Source: Sinomonas sp.
GTDB lineage: Bacteria > Actinomycetota > Actinomycetes > Actinomycetales > Micrococcaceae
Assembly: GCF_036848755.1 (NCBI RefSeq)
Contig: NZ_DAIUJO010000003.1
Coordinates: 30 to 64,029 of the forward strand
Length of the DNA: 64,000 nt
Direction of reading: 5' to 3'
Positions 18,135 through 25,525 of the stretch are shown here, one piece after another. How positions within the stretch are numbered: position 1 is the first letter of the stretch; each line of letters opens with the position of its first letter. The notes under the pieces were generated by a model, which ran no database searches, was not told where the DNA came from, and was given only the letters and a program-made list of their open reading frames with translations. The translations under genes were made by a program, and so were the position numbers.

Positions 18135-18428
18135 ATGATGCCGATCTGGCACAGGAATGAGCTCGTCGCCGAGGTCCTCGGCGAGCAAGGCGAACGGGTC
18201 GCGCTGCTCAATCTGCGCGCGAATCGGCCCGTCGTCCTGAGGGGTTCGGCGGCGGTCATCTGGTCGCTCATCGACGGGGTGCGCTGTGACAGGGACATAC
18301 TCGCCGCGCTGCGTGAAGAGTATGGGACCGAGGCCCCGCCAGATCTCGAGGTGCAGCTCGCTGCGTTCCTCTGCCAGCTCGCCGAGCTCGGGCTCGTCGA
18401 GCCGCCAGTGCCGGAGTCAGCGCCATGA
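18135..18428 (+). CDS. PqqD-family protein (RiPP-recognition-element-like peptide-binding protein)
   Basis: It contains 'VVLRGSAAVIWSLIDGVRCDRDILAALREEYGTEAPPDLEVQLAAFLCQLAELGLV'. The start is ATG 18135/18138, after GGAAGGGA. Its stop overlaps the next start (ATGA). Confidence 0.75.
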   Translation: MMPIWHRNELVAEVLGEQGERVALLNLRANRPVVLRGSAAVIWSLIDGVRCDRDILAALREEYGTEAPPDLEVQLAAFLCQLAELGLVEPPVPESAP

Positions 18429-19642
18429 GGCTCAGGATCCTCGGCGCCTCCCTCACGGTCGTCTTCGAGGGCCGCGTGAGCCCTGCCCAGCGGGCCTTGC
18501 TGCGCCGAGCCTGGTCGCGGTGCCTCGAGGACGGCGAGGGCACAGCGTCTGCTGAGAGGGGCGACGGCGACTGCACCGGCGGCGACAGCCCCGGCGGCGA
18601 CGGCATCGGCGGCGACGGCATCGGCGGCGCTGTTCCGTTCCGTGCGCGCATCCTGACCGGTTCCGGCGTCGTCCCGGTCGCGGGGGGAACGTTTGCGCGC
18701 TTTGCCGCGGAGCTCACGAGCGCCCTGACCTTCGCAGCGATCGAGCGGCGCAGCGGCGAACTGCTCATGCTGCACGCTTCGGGCCTTGCAGATCCGGGCA
18801 CGGGCCGCACCGTTGCGCTCGTGGGGCCCTCCGGAGTGGGCAAGACGACCGCGACCCGGGCACTCGCCAACGAGCTGGGCTACGTGAGCGACGAGACGGT
18901 CGGCGTCGAGCCGTCGGGCGCGGTCGTCCCGTACGCCAAGCCGCTCTCACTCATCGTCGAGGAGCCGCCCGCACCCAAACGCCAGCTCGGCCCGGACGAG
19001 CTCGGTCTCCGCAGGGCGCCCTCGGAGGGGAGGCTCGGCGCCGTCGTCCTGCTCGAGCGACGCGCAAGCCGACCTGGGGGGCGGGCGGAGGTGCGACGGC
19101 TCGGCCACGCGGAGGCGATCGTGGGCCTCGCGCCGCACACCTCGTCGATCGGAAAGCTGCGCGCCCCACTCCAGCAGCTCTGCCGGATGCTCGACGCGTG
19201 CGGCGGGGCCGTCCGGGCGGTCTACAGCGAGGCCGACGAGCTCGCGGGCCTCATCCCAGGCCTCCTCGCCCGGGCCGCCGTCGCGGGCGGGTGGGAACCC
19301 GCCGTCGTCCCCGACCGAAGGGCGGACGACGGCGCCCTCGCGCCAGTGGATCAGCCGCCAGCGATCCTGCCGCGCGGGTACCTGCGGCGGGGCGACGTCG
19401 TCGACGCCGTCGAGATCGCGATCCCCGATGGTGGGAGCGACCTGCTCGTCATGGTGGGCCAGCAGGTCGTCCGGCTCGGCGGCATCGCCCCGGCGATCTG
19501 GCGTGCGCTGCGCGCGCCGGCCCGGATCGAAGCCCTCGCGGAGCGGATTGCGCCGGAGGTCGGCCTCCCGCCCGGTTACGCCGGGGCGCTCTCCCACGCA
19601 GTCGAGGAACTCAGTAACTACGGGGTGCTCCTACGGAGCTGA
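18425..19642 (+). CDS. HPr-kinase-like P-loop kinase fused to a C-terminal PqqD-like domain
   Basis: The block 'LMLHASGLADPGTGRTVALVGPSGVGKTTATRALANELGYVSDE' resembles the HprK/P C-terminal P-loop block. The C-terminal ~85 aa ('VVRLGGIAPAIWRALRAPARIEALAERIA...AVEELSNYGVL') look PqqD-like. A GGDxx pentapeptide repeat is encoded at nt 18578-18622. Confidence 0.7.
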   Translation: MRLRILGASLTVVFEGRVSPAQRALLRRAWSRCLEDGEGTASAERGDGDCTGGDSPGGDGIGGDGIGGAVPFRARILTGSGVVPVAGGTFARFAAELTSALTFAAIERRSGELLMLHASGLADPGTGRTVALVGPSGVGKTTATRALANELGYVSDETVGVEPSGAVVPYAKPLSLIVEEPPAPKRQLGPDELGLRRAPSEGRLGAVVLLERRASRPGGRAEVRRLGHAEAIVGLAPHTSSIGKLRAPLQQLCRMLDACGGAVRAVYSEADELAGLIPGLLARAAVAGGWEPAVVPDRRADDGALAPVDQPPAILPRGYLRRGDVVDAVEIAIPDGGSDLLVMVGQQVVRLGGIAPAIWRALRAPARIEALAERIAPEVGLPPGYAGALSHAVEELSNYGVLLRS

Positions 19643-19658
19643 GATCGGCGGGGTTTAG

Positions 19659-21329
19659 ATGAACCTTGTGCAAAATTCACTCCCAGTCGACAAGACCGCG
19701 CCAGACAAGGCTGTGTCCGACCCCGCTGTGTCCGACCCCGCTGTGTCAGGCACCGCCGTGTCAGGCACCGCCGTGTCAGGCACCGCCGTGTTCGACCCAG
19801 CCGCGTTCGACCCCGCCGCGGACGGGCGGGGCATGGCCCTCGCGGACTACCTCTTGGTCGCCCGCAGGTATTGGCTCGGGATCCTGCTCTTCGTCGCCGT
19901 CGCCACGTCGGGGGCGTTCGGCTGGTACCTCGTGCAGCCTCGGGTCTACGAGGCCCAGTCGAACGGGATGGTCGTCACCGGCGGCTCGGATAACCTGAAC
20001 CTCTCCCTCGCGGGGGACAACCTCTCGAAGTCCAAGGCGAAGAGCTACCGCTCGCTCGCCGAGTCGCTCCTCGTCGCCGAGCGCGTGGTCAAGGCACTCG
20101 GCATCAGTGCGTCCCCCCAAGCGGTCGCGGGCACCGTCAAGGTCGTGGTCCCGGTCGATTCTGCGGAGCTGCAGGTGACGGCGACTTCGTCGGACCCCGA
20201 GCAGGCCAAGGAAGTCGCGGATGCGTGGGTCTCGGCGCTCGCAGCGCAGGTCTACGAGATCGAGAAATCGATGTCGAGCGCGGGAGCGGAGCCCGCCACG
20301 AAGGTGGTGCCGCTTGCGAAGGCAACGGTCCCGACTGCGCCGGTCTCGCCGAACCTCCGGCTCGCCCTCGGTGCGGGGGCGGCGGGCGGCCTGGCGCTCG
20401 GACTCGGCTACGCCCTCGTGCGCAATCTGCTGGACCGCAGGATCAGGGCTGCTGCAGAGATCGAGCGGCGCTTCCGCGTGCCGGTCATCGGCACGCTCCC
20501 ACGGGACAGGCGCCTTGTCAGCGAGACCCGCATCCTGGACGTCCACGGCACGGGTGCCGGGCACGCGATGGGCGAGGCGCTGCGAGAACTGCGGACGAAT
20601 CTGCACTTCATCGACGTCGACAGTCCGCCGCGGGTGCTCCTCGTGACGAGTTCGCTGCCATCCGAAGGCAAGTCCACCGTCATTGGCAATCTTGCCGCAA
20701 CCATCGCTGCCGCGGGTGAGGGCGTCATCGTCGTCGACGCAGACCTGCGCCGGCCGACGGCGCACCAGGTCTTCGGAGTGACGGGGGACGTGGGCGTGAC
20801 GGACGTCCTCACGGGCCGAGCCACGATCGACGAGGTCCTGCAGGACTGGGGCCCGATGCCGCAGCTCAAGGTGCTCGCGGCAGGTCGCATCCCGCCGAAC
20901 CCGTCGGAGCTGCTCGGCTCGCGCGCGATGCAGCACCTCCTCAAGGAGCTATCCCAACGGGCCGTCGTGCTCATCGACACTCCGCCGCTCCTGCCGGTCA
21001 CCGACGCCGCGGTCCTCTCTCGCGCGGCGGACGGGACGCTCGTCGTCGCCCGCGCGCGGAAGACGACGACGGACGGCCTCCAGCGCGCGCTCGGGAACTT
21101 GGCGCGCGTGCGAGGACGGGTCCTCGGGGTCATCCTGAACTGCGTCGCCACCAAGGGACCGGACACGTACAGCTACGGCTACTACGGCGCGTACTCGAGC
21201 AGGCCCGAGCGGCGGAGGGGCCGGAACGGTGCGCGTACGAGCGCCAACAGCGGCTCAGAGGGCGGGGCTCAGGTCTCGCCTGCGCCTGAGCCTGTCCCGG
21301 CATTCAGGGGAAGGCGTTCGGCGAGCTGA
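19659..21329 (+). CDS. Polysaccharide-biosynthesis tyrosine autokinase (Wzz chain-length domain fused to a CpsD/CapB BY-kinase)
   Basis: Walker A is 'SLPSEGKSTVIGNLA', A' is 'VIVVDADLRRP', B is 'VVLIDTPPLL', and the C-terminal Tyr cluster is 'YSYGYYGAYSS'. The canonical-looking N-terminus 'MALADYLLVARRYW' starts at 19833, so the 58-aa repeat extension from 19659 is uncertain. Confidence 0.88.
   Translation: MNLVQNSLPVDKTAPDKAVSDPAVSDPAVSGTAVSGTAVSGTAVFDPAAFDPAADGRGMALADYLLVARRYWLGILLFVAVATSGAFGWYLVQPRVYEAQSNGMVVTGGSDNLNLSLAGDNLSKSKAKSYRSLAESLLVAERVVKALGISASPQAVAGTVKVVVPVDSAELQVTATSSDPEQAKEVADAWVSALAAQVYEIEKSMSSAGAEPATKVVPLAKATVPTAPVSPNLRLALGAGAAGGLALGLGYALVRNLLDRRIRAAAEIERRFRVPVIGTLPRDRRLVSETRILDVHGTGAGHAMGEALRELRTNLHFIDVDSPPRVLLVTSSLPSEGKSTVIGNLAATIAAAGEGVIVVDADLRRPTAHQVFGVTGDVGVTDVLTGRATIDEVLQDWGPMPQLKVLAAGRIPPNPSELLGSRAMQHLLKELSQRAVVLIDTPPLLPVTDAAVLSRAADGTLVVARARKTTTDGLQRALGNLARVRGRVLGVILNCVATKGPDTYSYGYYGAYSSRPERRRGRNGARTSANSGSEGGAQVSPAPEPVPAFRGRRSAS
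19710..19820 (+). repeat. About seven tandem 15-bp units (in frame: AVSDP x2, AVSGT x3, AVFDP/AAFDP)
   Basis: The units were read directly: gctgtgtccgacccc x2, gcYgtgtcaggcacc x3, gccgYgttcgaccca/c x2. Confidence 0.9.
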
Positions 21330-21964
21330 CGCCGTTCCGCCTCCCTCAGCATCGCTCGGCTCTCGCCCGGGGCGCCGCGGCGGCGCCGGCGGGGGAGAGC
21401 GGCCCGAATCAGGGCGCTGACCGGCGGGAGGAGCTCCTCGACCATGCGCTCGTATGCCGGGGCATCCAGCCCGAACGGATCGGCGACGTCATTGAGGGAA
21501 GGATCGTCGAGGCGGACTTCGTGGCGGATCCTGTTGCCGTCGGCCACGTACCGCCGCCACGCATCCGGCACGGTTTCGCGGGTCGAGGGCCCTGGCAGGA
21601 TCTCGACGATGCGAGCGAACTCGCGCAGGGTGAACGTGCGTTTGAGGGCGGAGGGGGAGAGGGCGAGGACTGGGCTGCGGTGATCTTCGGCGAGGATCAG
21701 CACGAGGTCCGCCTCCGTGATGTGCCCCTGCGTGAGCTGCCGGGCTTCGAAGGCGTCGAGGCTCGAGCCGAGCCGGAGGGCGATCTCGGCCGATCTGGGA
21801 TGGGCCGGCTGGCCCGCAAGCGCTCTGACGCCCGCGCTCGTGACGGCAAACACCCCTGGGGCGGCCTCGTCGAGGCCGGACTGGAGCAGGCGCTCGGCCA
21901 GCGGCGACCGGCAGATGTTCCCGGTGCAGACGGCGAGGATGCGGAAGGGGGTTCCGTCGCTCAT
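21269..21964 (-). CDS. Low-molecular-weight protein-tyrosine phosphatase with an Arg-rich C-terminal tail
   Basis: It has the active-site motif 'ILAVCTGNICRSPLAERLL' (CX5R-S). Its 3' end overlaps the BY-kinase 3' end by 61 bp. Confidence 0.88.
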   Translation of the reverse strand: MSDGTPFRILAVCTGNICRSPLAERLLQSGLDEAAPGVFAVTSAGVRALAGQPAHPRSAEIALRLGSSLDAFEARQLTQGHITEADLVLILAEDHRSPVLALSPSALKRTFTLREFARIVEILPGPSTRETVPDAWRRYVADGNRIRHEVRLDDPSLNDVADPFGLDAPAYERMVEELLPPVSALIRAALPRRRRRGAPGESRAMLREAERRQLAERLPLNAGTGSGAGET

Positions 21965-21968
21965 CGCA

Positions 21969-22700
21969 TCACGCTAGCACCCCTACCCGCCAGACTGGCC
22001 AGACCTTGAGTGTCACACGCCCGACCACCGCGGAAGCGGGGACGGTCCGCATGCAGGGCTCGGGCGGGGACTGGCTCCGGCAGGCCAACGTCGAGTCGGC
22101 GGACGCCGAGCGATGGTCCCCGAGGAGCACGAGTTCGCCCGATGGAACGGTGAAGGCGCTGAAGCAGCGGGCGGAGCGCGGCGTCGTCGTGCAGTCGAGC
22201 CGTCCGGGCACGAAGGGGAGGTTGAGCGTGACGTAGGGCTCGTCGATCCCATGGCCATTGCGCTCGAGGCGCCCCTCGGCGTCGCAGCACGCTATGGTCT
22301 GCCCGCCCTGCGCAGCGATCCGCTTGACGAGATAGCTCTGATTCGATGGGCCGATGCCGGTGAGGTCGCCGAAACCCCTGGCCAGAGCCGGAAGCGCACC
22401 GTCGCGGCGACCGCCCACGTCGTCGTCTGCCTTTCCGCCGTCCCATCCGGGAGGCCGGGCCACGACGACGACGTCGCCCACGTGGGGCGAGTTGCCGAGC
22501 AGCGTCGACAGGCGATCTGCCAGGATCCAGTCCCCACCGCTTGGGCTGCCGAGGAGAGTCGGTTCCATGGAGGCGGTGGGGACGCGATACAGCTTCACGA
22601 GGTAGGCCTGAACGAGCGAAACGACGAGGAGGGCCACGAGGGCGTGGGCGGCGAAGTGCAGCCAAGCGGGCACGCTTCTGCGCTGCGGGCGGGGAGTCAT
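21969..22700 (-). CDS. lepB: Signal peptidase I (S26)
   Basis: It has an N-terminal TM segment, the Ser box 'VPTASMEPTL', the Lys box 'YLVKRIAAQGG', and 'LLGDHRSASADS'. It lies 4 bp upstream of the PTP gene. Confidence 0.85.
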   Translation of the reverse strand: MTPRPQRRSVPAWLHFAAHALVALLVVSLVQAYLVKLYRVPTASMEPTLLGSPSGGDWILADRLSTLLGNSPHVGDVVVVARPPGWDGGKADDDVGGRRDGALPALARGFGDLTGIGPSNQSYLVKRIAAQGGQTIACCDAEGRLERNGHGIDEPYVTLNLPFVPGRLDCTTTPRSARCFSAFTVPSGELVLLGDHRSASADSTLACRSQSPPEPCMRTVPASAVVGRVTLKVWPVWRVGVLA

Positions 22701-22799
22701 TCGCCGAAATTAGCAGCGACGCCCGCCACGGAGGACGGCACGGCGTGCTGTCTCGGTGGCCTCCACGGGCGGCTTGACGCCCGTTGGCCTGTCCACATA

Positions 22800-22820
22800 T
22801 TCTGAACGAACGGTCGGTAA
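22800..22820. promoter_or_regulatory. Candidate PaaR operator upstream of paaA (reverse complement TTACCGACCGTTCGTTCAGAA)
   Basis: It shares the half-site TTACCGAnnGTTCnTT with 9157-9178. It lies 18 bp upstream of the paaA start. Confidence 0.4.
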
Positions 22821-22837
22821 TTATTTGAGGAGGAGCT

Positions 22838-23833
22838 ATGGCAGCTGCGCCCCTGCAGCCCGTGCCCGCGGCGGCGTCCGCCGCAATGTCCCCAGAGGAC
22901 CGCGAGGGCCAGGCATCTTTTGACCGCATCATCGGCGAGGACTCCCGCATCGAGCCGACGGACTGGATGCCGGAGGCATACCGCAGGACGCTCACCCGGC
23001 AGATCTCGCAGCACGCGCACTCGGAGATCATCGGGATGCAGCCGGAGGCCAACTGGATCACGCGCGCGCCGAGCCTCAAGCGCAAGGCGATCCTGATGGC
23101 CAAGGTCCAGGACGAGGCCGGCCACGGTCTCTACCTCTACTCGGCTGCCGAGACGCTCGGCACGCCGCGGGACGTCCTCAACCAGCAGCTGCTGGACGGC
23201 AAGGCGAAGTACTCGTCGATCTTCAACTATCCGGCTCGCAGCTGGGCGGATATGGGAGCAATCGGCTGGCTCGTCGACGGCGCCGCGATCGCGAACCAGG
23301 TCCCCCTGTGCCGGGCGAGCTACGGTCCCTACGGACGCGCGATGGTGCGGATCTGCAAGGAGGAGTCGTTCCACCAGCGGCAGGGCTTCGAGATTCTCCT
23401 CGAGCTCTCCCGCGGCACTCCGGAGCAGAAGAAGATGGCGCAGGACGCCGTCAACCGCTTCTACGCGCCGGCCCTCATGATGTTCGGGCCGCCGGACGAC
23501 GACTCGCCCAACTCGAAGCAGTCCATGGCCTGGAACATCAAGCGGTTCTCGAACGACGAGCTGCGCCAGCGGTTCGTCGGCATGATCGCCGAGCAGGTCA
23601 AGGTCCTCGGGCTCACGCTCCCCGACCCGGAGCTCCGCTTCGACGAGGAGACGGGCAAGTGGATCCACATGGAGCTCGACTGGCAGGAATTCAAGGACGT
23701 CATCGCTGGGCGCGGGCCATGCAATGCCCAGCGCATGGCACGCCGCCGTGAGGCGCACGAAGACGGGACGTGGGTGCGCGAAGCTGCCAAGGCCTACGCC
23801 ATGAAGAAGATGCAGAAGGCGGGTGCCGCGTAG
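22838..23833 (+). CDS. paaA: 1,2-phenylacetyl-CoA epoxidase subunit A
   Basis: It contains '[47 protein letters not shown]'. There is a GAGGAGG Shine-Dalgarno motif. Confidence 0.93.
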   Translation: MAAAPLQPVPAAASAAMSPEDREGQASFDRIIGEDSRIEPTDWMPEAYRRTLTRQISQHAHSEIIGMQPEANWITRAPSLKRKAILMAKVQDEAGHGLYLYSAAETLGTPRDVLNQQLLDGKAKYSSIFNYPARSWADMGAIGWLVDGAAIANQVPLCRASYGPYGRAMVRICKEESFHQRQGFEILLELSRGTPEQKKMAQDAVNRFYAPALMMFGPPDDDSPNSKQSMAWNIKRFSNDELRQRFVGMIAEQVKVLGLTLPDPELRFDEETGKWIHMELDWQEFKDVIAGRGPCNAQRMARRREAHEDGTWVREAAKAYAMKKMQKAGAA

Positions 23834-24142
23834 ATGAACCAGCAGCCGATGAACCAGCACGCCAACATCTGGCCCCTCTGGGAGGTCTTCGTGCGCTCGA
23901 GCCGCGGACTCTCGCACGTCCACGCCGGTTCCCTGCACGCGCCCGACGCTGAGATGGCGCTGCGGAACGCCCGTGACCTCTATACGCGGCGGAACGAGGG
24001 CGTCTCGATCTGGGTCGTGCCCTCCGACGCGATCACGGCATCCGATCCCGACGCGAAGGGCTCCTTCTTCGAGTCCGCTCAGGGCAAGGACTACCGCCAC
24101 GCCACCTACTACACCAAGAGCGAAGGCGTGAAGCACCTGTGA
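23834..24142 (+). CDS. paaB: 1,2-phenylacetyl-CoA epoxidase subunit B
   Basis: It contains 'WPLWEVFVRSSRGLSHVHAGSLHAPDAEMALRNARDLYTRR'. Confidence 0.92.
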   Translation: MNQQPMNQHANIWPLWEVFVRSSRGLSHVHAGSLHAPDAEMALRNARDLYTRRNEGVSIWVVPSDAITASDPDAKGSFFESAQGKDYRHATYYTKSEGVKHL

Positions 24143-25005
24143 CCCCCACCCACGCCGCCCCAGACCACTCCCTCGACAGCTTCGGCGACGCCGCGGCGTC
24201 GGCCACGCGGGTCACCCCGGGCAACGCTCTGCGCCCCGAGGACATCGCGCTCCAGACGGAGCGGCCCAGCGAGGACGCCGCCCGGTACGCGCTGCGCCTC
24301 GGAGACGACTCGCTCGTCCTGGCCCAGCGGCTGGGCCACTGGATCTCCCGCGGCCCCGAGATCGAGGAGGACATAGCGCTCGGCAACATCGCCCTCGACC
24401 TCCTCGGCCACGCCCGCTCGTTCCTCACCTACGCAGGCCACGCGTGGGGCAAGACTGAGGACGACCTCGCGTACTGGCGCGAGGAGGAAGAGTTCCGTTC
24501 CGCGTGGATCTTCGAGCAGCCCAACGGCGACTTCGGGGTGACGATCGCGCGCCAGCTGGTCGTCGCCGTCTACCAGCGCCTCCTCTACGCGCGGCTCGTC
24601 GAGTCGACCGACCGGACGATCGCCGCCATCGCGGCGAAGGCGCTCAAGGAGGTCGACTACCACCGTGACCACGCGATTCAGTGGACGCTCCGCCTCGGCG
24701 ACGGAACGGACGAGTCGCACCGGCGCATGCAGGCCGCGGTCGAGCTCATGTGGCCCTATGTAGACGAGCTGTTCGACGACGATGAGCTCGTCGAGCGCGT
24801 CGGCGCGGCCGGGGTTCGTCCCTCGACGCTCCGCGCCGAGTTCGATGCCGAGCTCGCGGCGGTCCTCGACGAGGCCACGCTGAGCCTGCCCGCCGTGCCC
24901 CGCGCCCGCGGCGGGGGTCGCCGAGGCGAGCACACCGAGCACCTCGGCTACCTGCTCGCCGAGATGCAGGTGCTCGCGCGCAAGCATCCGGGCGCGACCT
25001 GGTAG
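24139..25005 (+). CDS. paaC: 1,2-phenylacetyl-CoA epoxidase subunit C
   Basis: Its position and overlap in the paaABCDE operon fit. It contains 'LRLGDDSLVLAQRLGHWISRGPEIEEDIALGNIALDLLGHAR'. Confidence 0.9.
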   Translation: MTPTHAAPDHSLDSFGDAAASATRVTPGNALRPEDIALQTERPSEDAARYALRLGDDSLVLAQRLGHWISRGPEIEEDIALGNIALDLLGHARSFLTYAGHAWGKTEDDLAYWREEEEFRSAWIFEQPNGDFGVTIARQLVVAVYQRLLYARLVESTDRTIAAIAAKALKEVDYHRDHAIQWTLRLGDGTDESHRRMQAAVELMWPYVDELFDDDELVERVGAAGVRPSTLRAEFDAELAAVLDEATLSLPAVPRARGGGRRGEHTEHLGYLLAEMQVLARKHPGATW

Positions 25006-25013
25006 GGGCTGCC

Positions 25014-25505
25014 GTGATCACGACCGACGACGACGTCGTCGCCCTCGCGGCGACCGTGAATGACCCCGAGATCCCGGTGCTGAGCATCCGGGACCTCGGG
25101 ATCCTCCGGGACGGGCGCCTCGAGGCCGACGGCACGGTGCGCCTCACCATCACCCCGACCTACTCGGGCTGTCCCGCCATGGACGCGATCCGCGACGACC
25201 TGCAGCGTGTCTTCCACGAGGCGGGGTACGAGCGGGTCCGCGTGAACCTCGTCCTCTCCCCGGCGTGGACCACCGACTGGATGACCCCGGAGGGCAAGGC
25301 CAAGCTCGAGGAGTACGGCATCGCCCCGCCCACGGGGGCGGCCAGCGTCCACGCCGGACCGGTTCGCCTTGGGCTCGCCGTCAAATGTCCGCGCTGCCAC
25401 TCGCTCAACACGCGCGAGCTCTCCCGCTTCGGTTCGACGTCCTGCAAGGCGCTCTACGTGTGCCAGGACTGCCGCGAGCCCTTCGACTACTTCAAGGTGC
25501 TGTAG
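25014..25505 (+). CDS. paaD: 1,2-phenylacetyl-CoA epoxidase subunit D (DUF59-type)
   Basis: It contains 'VNDPEIPVLSIRDLGILR' and a C-terminal Cys cluster 'CPRCHS...CQDC'. Confidence 0.9.
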   Translation: MITTDDDVVALAATVNDPEIPVLSIRDLGILRDGRLEADGTVRLTITPTYSGCPAMDAIRDDLQRVFHEAGYERVRVNLVLSPAWTTDWMTPEGKAKLEEYGIAPPTGAASVHAGPVRLGLAVKCPRCHSLNTRELSRFGSTSCKALYVCQDCREPFDYFKVL

Positions 25506-25525
25506 ATGACTTCGAGGTGTTCCCT

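Noticed and set aside
18135-19642. I considered the PqqD plus HprK-like kinase pair as a lasso-peptide (paeninodin-type) biosynthetic gene cluster.
   Set aside because: There is no asparagine-synthetase-like cyclase, no transglutaminase-like B2 protease, no ABC exporter and no plausible stand-alone precursor ORF within several kb. I kept it as an unexplained RRE-kinase module instead.
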